Shown here: positions 1 through 10,795 of the stretch, piece after piece
How positions within the stretch are numbered: the stretch's first letter is position 1
Layout: the number at the start of each line of letters is the position of its first letter
Notes under the pieces: model-generated
What the model saw: the letters and a program-made list of their open reading frames with translations, nothing else
The model's database searches: none
What the model was told of the DNA's origin: nothing
NCBI RefSeq assembly: GCF_001194135.2
Contig: NC_068981.1
Span: 110,440,757 to 110,474,829, forward strand
Direction of reading: 5' to 3'
Source: Octopus bimaculoides
Taxonomy: Eukaryota
Length of the DNA stretch: 34,073 bases
Program-made: the position numbers and the translations under genes

Positions 1-345
1 AATCTCGTTCGAAAATCCTTACACATGTCACGGGCACAAGTGCCAGAAAGGCGACGCTGGGCACAGGTGCTATCCTGATTTCGCTTTCGCTTGCCCCAAT
101 AAGTCTTCACAAGCTGAGTTTCGTGTCCAATGAAGGAGACGACGTTGGCACGGGTGCCAGTCGTCGAATTTAGTTCGATTTCACTTGCCTCAACAAGTCT
201 TCGCAAGCGGAGTTTAGCGTCCAATGTAGGAAAGGTATGCATAAGTGGGCTGGCTACACCCCTGGCAAAGGCCTTGGATTTAGGTCTCATTGACTTGCCG
301 GGTCTTCTTACGCACAGCACATTTCCAAAGGTCTCGGTCAGAAGT
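1..345 (-). repeat. Repeat related to the tandemly repeated 3' UTR of the RTE at 29149-31529
   Basis: Shares motifs GCACAGGTGC, GATTTCACTTG and CCAAAGGTCTCGGTCA with 29355-29785. Internal ~90-bp duplication (about 61-137 vs 148-231). Confidence 0.5.
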
Positions 346-388
346 CATCACCTCATATATATATATATATACATACGCACATATGTAT

Positions 389-1438
389 GATGGCTGCCCC
401 CTCGTCATCGAGTATGGCCATTGCACGAAGCTTAACTTAATGGTGCTGTGATCGAATGTGACTTTTTAGCCCAGCCAAAGATCTACAATGTCTTGCACAG
501 AGTTGGCATCCAAAACCTTTACTGGCAATAGCTGGCTGTTGTTGTAATTGGGCTCCATGTACCTTTGCGTGTCGTTTAAGTCCTCCTGCTTAATCACACT
601 CCCTTTTACATGCCCGACAGACATGATTAGTATGGTGTGTAGCATCATCACCAGCGGCCTGGTAGTCAATCATCGGTCTTGCTTTATGACTACGAAGATG
701 ACTCATGAGTCCAGCTTTACTAAGGCACGGTCTTGCACAGACACTGCATGTCAGTGTCATAGGAAGACCCTTACCATCTGGAAGTGCAACAACAATGCCC
801 TTCCTGACATCTCTCCTTAATTTCTCAAGTGCAATTCATGATTTCTCAAAAGTAGTTGTCCCTCATGCACAATCCTTCTCCACCTGCCACGGTCAATAGC
901 TATGCCTTCCCATGTGTTAGGAGAGATGTTGGCATCTCTCAAGGAAACCTTCAGCAGTCTATAGTTAGTGAGGATGTTCTCAATCTCTTTTTTGGTTTAT
1001 GTGGAGGTTGTTTTCCTTTAACTAACTCTCCATAAAAGAGTTGTTTTGGCATCCTTGAATCTTTCATCCTGACCAGATGACCACTCCATCTGAGCCTTTT
1101 TTTCTATACTTTCTATACACAAGAGCTTCTATACTTTCACATCGAGAGCTATCCAATATCTCAAGATCACTGATGCGGTCCTCCCACTTAATGCCATAGA
1201 TCCATCTGAGACACATCTGATGGAAACGTTCCAGCTGTTTAAGGTGGTATCAATATGTGACCCAGGTCTTGCAGGCATAAAGAAGAGAAGAGAGTACACA
1301 CGCCTTGTACACCTTTATCTTTGTCTTCCTGCATATGTCTCGCTGACCCCTGAGACACCTTTCTAGCCTTCCGAAAACATCACTTACTTTCCTAATTATG
1401 TATGCAATTTCATTGTCCAAATTGCCATATCTATTAAC
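389..1438 (-). pseudogene. RTE ORF C-terminus and 3' UTR (sense segment)
   Basis: Minus-strand translation NRYGNLDNEIAY..KTKIKVYKACVLSSLLYACKTW..RLRWSGHLVRMKDSRMPKQLFYGEL, then a C2H2 finger CSVCARPCLSKAGLMSHLRSH. Contains stops and frameshifts. Confidence 0.9.
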
Positions 1439-1464
1439 TGACCACCAAATTGCCATATCTATTA

Positions 1465-3204
1465 ACTGACCACCACCTGGTACGTGCAAAAGTCAAATTA
1501 ATCACAAAACGTAAAATCCGGGCTGCAGGTATTACCCTGCCTAAAAGACTGAATGTTGCTCGTCTTAGTTGCAATGGTGTGAAGAGAACTTTATGAGAGG
1601 AAATGAATGTTGCAGATTTTGGGGAAGATTGGTCGACCCTCAAAAAGTCAGTTTATGATATAGGCAGGAAAGTTCTGGGATTGATACAAAGAAAGCATCA
1701 AGATTGGTTTAAAGAAAATGATGAACATATTGATGATTTATTGGCTGTTAAAAGACGTACTTTGTCACGCTATTTGTCAGCAAAGCCACAGAAGAGAGAT
1801 GTGTTGCATAGGGAACTCAAGGATGTGAAATCACATGTGAGGCAGAGGCTCTCTCAGATGAGGGATACGTGGTGGAGTAAGAAGGCTGATGAGATACAGG
1901 TGGCATCAGATTCCAATAACACAAAGCTGTTATATGGTCTCTTGTGAGAGGTTTATGGACCAATTTCTCTAATTACACCCCTTCAAAGCAGAGATGGTAA
2001 AGAACTTCTTGATTTACAAGGAATTCTGCAAAGGTGGCAAGAACACTTTCATGAATTCTTGAATCAGCAGTCTATAGTTAGTGAGGATGTTCTCAATCGC
2101 ATCCTTGAATTACCTGTGAGGGCAGCTCTTGCAGAGCCACCTATGCTGGAAGAAGTTGCGATGGCTGTCTCAAGGATGAATAATGGGAGGTCTCCAGGTA
2201 TGGATGGCATTCATGCAGAGTTGTTGCAGCATGGTGGTGAGAAACTTCTACAGCAACTTCACTCCTTGTTTGGCAGGATATGGGATAGTGCATCTGTACC
2301 TGAGGACTAGAGAGAAACAGTAATGGGGGTCTTATATAAGGGAAAGGGTAACAGGAATGATTGTGGTAACTACAAGGGAATATCATTGCTTTCTGTTGTA
2401 GGGAAAGGTTTTATGCAGGGTACTTCTGGACCATCTGCTGAAACACGTTGTAGATTGTGTTCTTCCAGAAAGTTAATCTGGTTTTCATGTGAGACGCAGC
2501 ACTGCTGATGTGATCTTCTCAGCTAGACAGCTTCAGGAAAAGTGTGTGGAACAGGGTCTGAATTCATACCAGGTTTTTGTTGATCTGACAAAGGTCTTTG
2601 ATACAGTTAATAGAAAAGCACTATGGAAAGTCCTCCAGAAACTTGGTTGTCCTGAAAAGTTCCTTGCTGTGGTTAGGTCTTTTCATGAAGACATGAAGGG
2701 TAGGGTTAATGCTAGAGGTAAAATGTCGGAGCCCATCTCAATACAAAATGGAGTGAAGCAAGGGGATATTTTGGCACCGACTCTATTCACTATATATTTT
2801 GCAATGTTTTTTTGTATTGCATTCAGAAATTGTAGATATGGTGTTTACATCCATTATCGAACCTCTAGCAGCATATTTAGTATCNNNNNNNNNNNNNNNN
2901 NNNNNNNNNNNNNNNNNNNNNNNNNNNNNNNNNNNNNNNNNNNNNNNNNNNNNNNNNNNNNNNNNNNNNNNNNNNNNNNNNNNNNNNNNNNNNNNNNNNN
3001 NNNNNNNNNNNNNNNNNNNNNNNNNNNNNNNNNNNNNNNNNNNNNNNNNNNNNNNNNNNNNNNNNNNNNNNNNNNNNNNNNNNNNNNNNNNNNNNNNNNN
3101 NNNNNNNNNNNNNNNNNNNNNNNNNNNNNNNNNNNNNNNNNNNNNNNNNNNNNNNNNNNNNNGAAGCACTGTTAATAGATATGGCAATTTGGACAATGAA
3201 ATTC
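1465..3204 (+). pseudogene. RTE ORF: end of APE endonuclease and RT (inverted segment)
   Basis: Starts at TDHHLVRAK (APE end motif). Then HQDWF, GRSPGMDGIHAELL, CGNYKGISLLSVVGK, FVDLTKVFDTVNR, GVKQGDILAPTLF. N-gap at 2885-3162. Confidence 0.9.
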
Positions 3205-3253
3205 CACATATGTATACACACAAGTACATATATGTGTGTGTATGTGTGTCTAC

Positions 3254-3647
3254 CCTTTTACTCTTTAACCTGTTTCAGTCATTTGACTGCGGCCATGCTG
3301 GAGCACCACCTTTAGTTGAACAAATCGACCCTAGGACTCGTTCTTTGTAAGCCTGGTACTTATTCTATTGGTTTCTTTTGCTGAACTGCTAAGTAATGTG
3401 GACATAAACACACCAACATCGGTTGTTAAGCGATGGTGGGGGGGACAAAGACACACACACACACACACACACACTCACATATACAACGGGCGTATTTCAG
3501 TTTCCCATTACCAAATCCATTCACAAGGCTTTGGTTGGCCCGAGGCTATATTAGAAGATACTTGCCCAAGGTGCCACGCAGTGGGACTGAACCCCAAAAC
3601 ATGTAGTTGGTAAACAAGCTACTTACTGCACAGCCACTCCTGTGCCT
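3254..3647 (-). mobile_element. tRNA-like SINE, family A (near full length)
   Basis: Minus strand reads AGGCACAGGAGTGGCTG..GGTTCAGTCCCACTGCGTGGCACCTTGGGCAAGT, with a central (TG)n and 3' CAGCATGGCCGCAGTCAAATGACTGAAACAGG. Homologous to 6378-6548, 8440-8640 and 8689-9563. Confidence 0.85.
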
Positions 3648-4974
3648 ATATTTATATGACACTCACACAAACCATATATNNNNNNNNNNNNNNNNNNNNN
3701 NNNNNNNNNNNNNNNNNNNNNNNNNNNNNNNNNNNNNNNNNNNNNNNNNNNNNNNNNNNNNNNNNNNNNNNNNNNNNNNNNNNNNNNNNNNNNNNNNNNN
3801 NNNNNNNNNNNNNNNNNNNNNNNNNNNNNNNNNNNNNNNNNNNNNNNNNNNNNNNNNNNNNNNNNNNNNNNNNNNNNNNNNNNNNNNNNNNNNNNNNNNN
3901 NNNNNNNNNNNNNNNNNNNNNGTGGTGTCCACAAAAAGGAAAAATCAATTCCTGATCACATACTTAGAGTCTGAATCTGCAACATTTCAAAGCTCATTAA
4001 AGGATATGGATAATTCAAATTATTGATTTATTCCAATTTATACCCATGTCAGTTATAGAGCATGTACTAAATATATGCTTATTTGCAGGATTCCATGTGA
4101 CAACACCGGGAGGAACTTAATTCATACCTGATAATTCATAAAATATTATAAATCTCTCCAAACTGGTTCTCTCATCAATAGAAGTTGCACATAGATGTGT
4201 AAAAAAAAAAAAAAAAAAAAAAAAGATTTTCTGCTGTTTCTTGATTTCTTCATTTTCATAGAAGTCATATGTTCAGCTAATCAGCAGCAGCAACATGATG
4301 ACATTGATAAATCAATTGATCAATCATGATTGCTATATTATTGGCTGGCGGTCAAGATGTCTGCAGATAAAACACCACAGAGCAAGCTGTCCAATTTTCA
4401 TCAAATTCTAATATAATGCATGTCCTTACTTCAGCAGAGAAACTATTTTATGGCCTTTGATAATGACAGTTGTAAACGTTTTGTCGATTTCACGAAAAAA
4501 AAAAAGGTTGAAATTAGATTGCAATGTGAGTGAAATTATCACTGAGACTGTCATGAGTCTGAGAATTAATTTTCATGGTATAGAATTGTATTGCTGCTGT
4601 ATATCTGTCTGATGAATCATCACCCATCTAACAGTGAATATAATTTGTATTGCATAAATCTATTCCTTTGTGTTACACATGACTATGGTGAAGGTTTAAG
4701 CAAAAAATAAGAATAATATGCACTATGTTCCAAAATTAACTGAAGCTGAAATAATCATATTGGTTATATTGCAAAATATTATGTGTGCATTACATGTGTT
4801 TTTATTTAACCCAAGGTCAATCAGACTTATGATCAAAGGAGTTCCTATCATAACTGTCTTTTTCTTCTCCATATAAGGGCCTACATACTAATACACCCGA
4901 GAGGGTGGGGTGTGATCTGGGGGAAATTTGATTTATAGTAGGTTGATTGACTGAGTTGAGGCTTCTTTTGATTG

Positions 4975-5150
4975 GTGGTGGTTTCACCATGATTGAGTTG
5001 TGGTAGTGATGGAGGTTGTTGCGGTGATGGTGGTGGTGGTTATTGTAGTGATAGTAATGGAGGTAGTGTTGTGGTTATAGTGACAATAATTGCAATGGTG
5101 ATGGTTTGGAGCTTGTTGTAAGTAGTGGTGATGGTGGTGGTATGTCAGTG
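4975..5150. repeat. Degenerate (GGT/GAT/GTA)n low-complexity tract
   Basis: Visible imperfect trinucleotide periodicity. Confidence 0.7.
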
Positions 5151-5184
5151 AAAGCAGGTAGTAATTTTACCTTGTACTTATTCT

Positions 5185-5373
5185 TAGTGCAAGTTTTGAA
5201 GAGTGCAGTTCGATCTTAACAGTTATTTTTTCAAAGCTATAATGGAAGTGACAAAGTAGCATATTCAACATATTTTGCTTTAAGACTTCAATAAAGGCAA
5301 CAATGCAGTGGAAAGTGCAAGGAATATAAATGCAATATATGGTAATCGGACAATAAGCATAAGCCAGTGTCAA
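5185..5373 (+). pseudogene. Mariner transposase N-terminal HTH remnant
   Basis: 5242-5373 translates MEVTK*HIQHILL*DFNKGNNAVESARNINAIYGNRTISISQCQ, matching the mariner HIRHILLYEF..GNNA..A.RNI..VYG..TIS...CQRWF pattern. Two stops. Cut off by the palindrome at 5382. Confidence 0.8.
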
Positions 5374-5381
5374 ATATATGT

Positions 5382-5752
5382 AAACAATAAATTAAATAGA
5401 GAGATACAATTGACAATCCAATAATTTATTTATATTATAATATAACATAATATACTATGAATATAATATAATATAAAATAACATTAAAAAATCATTAAAA
5501 AACCAAAATAGGAACAATTTTTTCTGACATGTTTACATTTTTTGATACATAAACAATTCAATTCACTTATATAATTGAATTGTTTATATATCAAAAAATG
5601 TATATAAGTTGAACCAAATTGTTGGCTATTTGGTTTTTTAATGATTTTTTAATGTTATCTTATCTTATATTATATTATATTCATAGTATATTATCTTATA
5701 ATATAAATAAATTATTGGATTGTCATTTGTATCTCTATTCAGTTTATTGTTT
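5382..5752. repeat. ~370-bp AT-rich near-perfect palindrome (foldback/MITE-like)
   Basis: AAACAATAAA..GACAATCCAATAATTTATTTATATTATAA..CATTAAAAAATCATTAAAAAACCAAA..AAACAATTCAATT (5382-5565) is mirrored in reverse complement at about 5573-5752. Confidence 0.9.
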
Positions 5753-5859
5753 GTAATTTGCATTATACCCATATTTATGTGGTATTCAACTGATGTACCA
5801 GTGAATTGGATGTTTTACACATCCCTCTGAAGGAATTCCTTTCCTTAGTTTGTTACTTT

Positions 5860-5900
<41 letters not shown>

Positions 5901-6059
5901 TTAACGTCCACTTTCCATGCTAGCATGGGTTGGACGATTTGACTGGGGACTGGTGAACCAGATGGCTACACCAGACTCCAATCTGATCTGGCAGAGTTTC
6001 TACAGCTGGATGCTCTTCCTAATGCCAACCACTCCGAGAGTGTAGTGGGTGCTTTTTAC
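5860..6059 (-). mobile_element. 3' end of an RTE LINE with (ATG)n tail
   Basis: (CAT)13 followed by TTAACGTCCACTTTCCATGC..GGATGCTCTTCCTAATGCCAACC..GAGAGTGTAGTGGGTGCTTTTTA, closely similar to 29149-29365. Runs into a gap. Confidence 0.85.
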
Positions 6060-6376
6060 NNNNNNNNNNNNNNNNNNNNNNNNNNNNNNNNNNNNNNNNN
6101 NNNNNNNNNNNNNNNNNNNNNNNNNNNNNNNNNNNNNNNNNNNNNNNNNNNNNNNNNNNNNNNNNNNNNNNNNNNNNNNNNNNNNNNNNNNNNNNNNNNN
6201 NNNNNNNNNNNNNNNNNNNNNNNNNNNNNNNNNNNNNNNNNNNNNNNNNNNNNNNNNNNNNNNNNNNNNNNNNNNNNNNNNNNNNNNNNNNNNNNNNNNN
6301 NNNNNNNNNNNNNNNNNNNNNNNNNNNNNNNNNNNNNNNNNNNNNNNNNNNNNNNNNNNNNNNNNNNNNNNNNNNN

Positions 6377-6377
<1 letters not shown>

Positions 6378-6412
<35 letters not shown>

Positions 6413-6548
6413 GCACACACAATGGGCTTCTTTCAGCTTCTGTCTACCAAATCCACTCACAAAGTTTTGGTTGGCCTGAGGATATAGGAGAAGACACTTG
6501 CCCAAGGTACCACAGAGTGGAACTATGTGGTTGGGAAGCACAGCCACC
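6378..6548 (-). mobile_element. SINE family A, 5' half
   Basis: GGGCTTCTTTCAGC..ACCAAATCCACTCACAA..GACACTTGCCCAAGGT homologous to 3488-3640. Confidence 0.8.
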
Positions 6549-7543
6549 CAAATATTTTGCAATATAACCAATCTCATTAATCTAACATCAGTCAATTTTG
6601 GAATACTCATTAGTTTTACATTAAATTTTCAATATAAAGATGATAACTAAGGAATATAGTTAACAATATATTTATCTTAATTGCACAAATTATTGTCACT
6701 GTAGGCTGGGCTGATGATTCTTCAGATAGATATGTGATAACGATGTAATTCTACATCATGAAAATGAGTTCTCAATTTTGTTGCAATCCCTTTTTGCAAT
6801 ATGATTTCAGCCACTTTGTCATGAAATCGACTGTTTCAGTTGCCACTATTAAATGCAATAAAATTGTTTTCCACTGATGAAATGATGTGCATTACATAAA
6901 AGTTTGACAAAAATTGAATAATTTCTTCTTGAAATGTGATTTTTGTAAACAGAAATAAGAAAAAAAGTCTTAGTTTACAAATTTAATGTGTAACTTTTAT
7001 TGATGGGATACTGCTTGATTTCTTTAATTTAAGCTTGGTACTGATTGAAATTCCAGAGCTTTAAAAATCTAAATTCAAAGTGAATTATATTAAAAAATAT
7101 GCAAGAAAATTTCAACATCTTTCTCCTAATGAAAAGAATGTTAACAGATGATTGTAACCTTTGGTAAAATAATGCATTGAGGCAGAAAAAATTGCATGGA
7201 ATTGTATATTCATCATTATTTTTCAATGTTAGTTTCATAGAGTTTCTTAATGTATACAAATTAGCCTAATAAACTTAGCCAGAAATCAAAGTCATCTCTT
7301 AAATCCCACTCTCAATTTATTATTATTCTTTATATCAACTCAAAATACATCACTTTAACATGGAATTTCTATCCCTTAACCAGGTATAATATCCCAGTTT
7401 TTGTGTGATGTTTGCTAAACTGGTAACTATTAACATATTTGCATTATCGAAGTTTTTCAACCAAGATAATATTAATATTTACATAAATTAATATATATAT
7501 ATGTATATATNNNNNNNNNNNNNNNNNNNNNNNNNNNNNNNNN

Positions 7544-7577
<34 letters not shown>

Positions 7578-7865
7578 GTTTGTATTTGGTTTGCAAGATT
7601 CTTGATGTGAATTCGTGTGTTGAAAGAAATACTATTAAACCTTGGGAGGGGTATTATGCAGTAATAATAAACACACGCACTAGTTCGGTCCTTTAATGTT
7701 ATTGTTAGTTACTCCATTAACCAATTTATCAATCAACCGTTTTATTATTAGTTTCTCAAACTTATATGTTAAACACTTTGATCAAACAGTCAATCGTTCA
7801 GATGTTCAGTATTGTCATTTCATTTTTTTGTCAAATAATTATTTCATTGCATTGTTGCAATCTCT

Positions 7866-8433
7866 TCAGTGACATATCTCTCTACTTCCATTCATCTTCC
7901 CACATGGCCTCAGACTCAGCACGGAGGCCTACATCAGGTGCCTTGAGAAGGTAGTGTGGCCCTTGGTCAAGAGGGTGGCTGTTGGAAGATCCTGTGTCTG
8001 GCAACAGGACTCTGTATCATGCGACACAAGCAGGAGAACCCAGTCATGGCTGTCAGACAATTTCTGCAATCACATCACCTATAACATCTGGCCACCTAAC
8101 TCCCCAGACTGCAACCCTCTTGATTATTGTGTAGGGAACAGTTGAATGAGAGACCAACAAAACTTCTTGTAACACCAAAGATGAACGGAAAGCAAGGATT
8201 ATGGTAGCATTCACCAACTTAAACAAGGAGACAGTCCAGAAGAGCTGCAAGAAATTCCAAAGTCACCTGGAGGCTGTGGTTGAAGCCAATGGCAATTTTA
8301 TTGAATAAATTTACTCTTTAGTATTTCAAGATACTTTTATGTAATTTTGGTAAATATAGTTGTTAAAATGAGATGTCAGTGTTATTTTCATTTTTGCGTA
8401 ATTTACACGACAGTTTATTCACCACACTCTGTA
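7866..8433 (+). mobile_element. Tc1/mariner maT (DD37D) transposon, 3' remnant
   Basis: Translates PFIFPHGLRLSTEAYIRCLEKVV..WQQD-37 residues-D (WPPNSPDCNPLDY)..LEAVVEANGNFIE*. Ends with TIR-like TTATTCACCACACTCTG followed by TA. Confidence 0.85.
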
Positions 8434-8439
8434 TATATA

Positions 8440-8640
8440 TCGATATGTGTGTCTGTGTTTGTTTCTACCACCACTCAACAACTGGTGTTGGTGTGTTTAT
8501 GTCCCTGTAATTTAGTAGACCAGCAGAAGAGACCAAAAGAATAAGTACAAGGCTTAAAAATAAAAGTGCTTGAGTCAGTTCTTGAAGGTGATGCCCCAGC
8601 ATGGCCACACTCTAATGACTGAAACAAGTAAACGATAAAG
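8440..8640 (+). mobile_element. SINE family A, 3' half
   Basis: GGTGTGTTTATGTCCCTGTAA..AGAATAAGTACAAGGCTT..CAGCATGGCCAC..ATGACTGAAACAAGTAAA. Confidence 0.75.
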
Positions 8641-8643
8641 ATA

Positions 8644-8688
<45 letters not shown>

Positions 8689-8690
<2 letters not shown>

Positions 8691-9345
8691 CACAGGCATG
8701 TCTCTGCTGTGAGGAGTTTGCTTCCCGACCACATGGCTCCAGGTTCAGTCCCACAGTGTGGAACCTTGGGCAAGTGTTTTGTACTATAGCCTTGGGCCAA
8801 CCAAAACCTTGTGAATGTATTTGGTAGACAGAAACTGAAAGAACCCCGTTGTATAGACTGAGTTTCAAAAATTTGAAATAGAAACATGTCGCTACTGTTT
8901 TGCTTCTGACTGATGTTTGAAGCTTGCCCTATTTTTATAGGGAGTTCATGGCTCAAATTAATATATGTGTAGACGACCGTGCGAACCAAAGGAGAATGGT
9001 GACGAATGGAAACAGGCTCCTTTTAACGCGTCGCACGGTAGACATAAAATAGGTAGAGTGGGAAGACCTGGAATTTGGGGGACTTATTTTTGCACATATA
9101 TCTATGATTGACCTATGTTATCTTCATTATATCCTTGACATTTGATAGCATATATTAAATTCCTTGCAGAACATGTAAAGTAATTTATTACAGTAAAAAT
9201 CTGTCCTGGTTTGAATTTGTGTGTTGTGTCTTCAATATGATTGATGCAAGTCCCACAATTGGGGAGGCCACACTTTTTGACAGTTGGTGTTGGACTTACA
9301 TCAATCTTATTGAAGACACAACATACAACTGAAAGAACCCTATCG

Positions 9346-9393
<48 letters not shown>

Positions 9394-9563
9394 TGATTAT
9401 CCCTCACCATCGTTTGACAACTGATGTTACGGCAGAAGAGACTAATAGAATTAGCACCAGGCTTACAAAGAATAAGTCCAAGGGTCGATTTCTCCGACTA
9501 AAAGACAGTGCTCCAGCATGGCCACCGTTAAATGACTGAAACAAGTAAAAGAGTAAAAGAGTA
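8689..9563 (+). mobile_element. SINE family A split by a 471-bp insertion
   Basis: Head at 8689-8855; body resumes at 9327 and ends in a (GTAAAAGA)n tail. 23-bp duplication at 8833-8855 and 9327-9349 (20/23 identical). Confidence 0.8.
9040..9325 (-). pseudogene. Penelope-like element GIY-YIG endonuclease remnant
   Basis: KKCGLPNCGTCINHI..FTCSARNLIYAIKCQGYNEDNIGQS fits the Neptune-type Cys-rich segment plus the IY..C..C..YIG motif (degenerate). Confidence 0.75.
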
Positions 9564-9993
9564 ACAGTACTGTAAAGTAAACGCTATTTGCCACCATAAT
9601 ATGGCAGTTCTGGATGGGACGAATGTTACTGTTGTTTAACCCCAGGAAACGTCGTTTCCAGCTGGTTATACGACACAATATCTGTGTCCTTATATTTTCG
9701 AACGAGAATATCTATGTCCTTATATTTTTTGAACGGGAATTCAGCAGCGCCGTCTAGCCAAGCAGCTACTCTGTGCTGAGAAAGAGCAATAACCCAGAAA
9801 CCAGTCCACAGATGTTGCTTTGTGCTGGATGGGGGTGCTGAGCATCTCTGTTCGAAAATATAAGGACGCAGATATTGTGTCGCATAGCCAGTTGGAAACG
9901 ACGTTTCCTGGGGCTAAACAACAGTTACATTCGTCCCACTCAGGACTGCCACATTATGTTGGTAAATAGCCTTTACTTTACAGTACTGTTACT
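9560..9993. mobile_element. MITE with ~145-bp terminal inverted repeats
   Basis: AGTAACAGTACTGTAAAGTAAA..CCCCAGGAAACGTCGTTTCCA..TCCTTATATTTTCGAAC is mirrored at about 9849-9993. ~30-bp tandem duplication at the inner end of the left arm (about 9677-9738). Confidence 0.9.
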
Positions 9994-10344
9994 GAATAGC
10001 TCTCTTTGAGAGATTTAGAAATAATAATGTTTCTATTTACACAGACACACACACAGACACACACACACACACAATGTATTTTCAGTATCTTACGCTCAGT
10101 CATAACGAGAAAAAAAAAAAGATTAATTTGGATATTAATTTATCATTGATGAATAAACCATCAAGTTGGCATTGGAATATCTTGTATGAAATAAATATTA
10201 CTGCTTTAAAGTTCATAAATCTGGTGATTATCTCTAAAGATAATAATTGCCTACATCGCTTCCTTGAACTTTGGGGCAGTGTTGTAATGTCTTTGAATGG
10301 TAAGCAACTGGGAGAATAAATCCTAGCCTCAAATTTGAGAAGCT

Positions 10345-10795
10345 AAATTTGGCAAACAAACAGCTGTAAGGCAAAAATACAAATTTTATAAAAAAGGCTA
10401 ATTGTTTTTCTATTTTTTTTTTGAAAAATTAATCTATTCGTGATAGATATTGGGCGTGAAGAGTTGATGCATTTTCCAATCCTTCCTACTATTGAAGAGC
10501 AGTTGCAAGAAGACTTTTTAGAGTACATTGAGCATTTGAAGAAACTGCATTATGATATGGGAATTAGGCTCAAAGATTTCCTGGAGATGAAGGTTCTAAT
10601 TTGGGTGATAGACCCATTTGGGACAAAGGCAGCAGATGTTGATATCAGACTACAAGCAAACCTTTGTTATTCGCTAGGAAGAGTTGCAGAGTAATAAAAC
10701 GGCTCAAGCTAAATTTAATCATGTGCTCAATAACTTACGGAAAAGTAGTGAAATAGCGATGAAATTCCCATTGCTTTGGCAGGAAGTAAATTTAT
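10345..10795 (+). pseudogene. hAT (Buster/Charlie-like) transposase C-terminal remnant
   Basis: FEKLNLANKQL*GKNTNF..DIGREELMHFPIL..YIEHLKKLHYDMGIRLKDFLEMKVLIWVIDPF resembles the Buster-family motif (NIGRRE..QFP..HL..LH.DF..RF.D....P.W..NPF). Multiple frameshifts. Confidence 0.6.

Larger units (their letters stand above)
389..3204 (-). mobile_element. RTE-clade LINE, 5'-truncated with 5' inversion (family 1)
   Basis: CACATATGTAT flanks both ends (378-388 and 3205-3215; 11-bp TSD). 3' part lies on the - strand (389-1438) and the EN-end/RT part on the + strand (about 1465-3204). Confidence 0.9.

Noticed and set aside
4431-4561. Possible minus-strand exon (ag|ACTCATG..CTGCTGAA|gtaagg)
   Set aside because: The splice-like ends are plausible, but the peptide is unrecognisable and such matches are expected by chance in AT-rich DNA.
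4800-4925. Possible remnant of a third SINE family
   Set aside because: Too short and degenerate, with no second copy in the window to confirm it.
8968-9043. Second hammerhead built from stem ACCGTGC/GCACGGT and AACGCGTC
   Set aside because: The positions that need CUGANGA and GAAA read GAACCAA and TTTA, so the catalytic core is absent.
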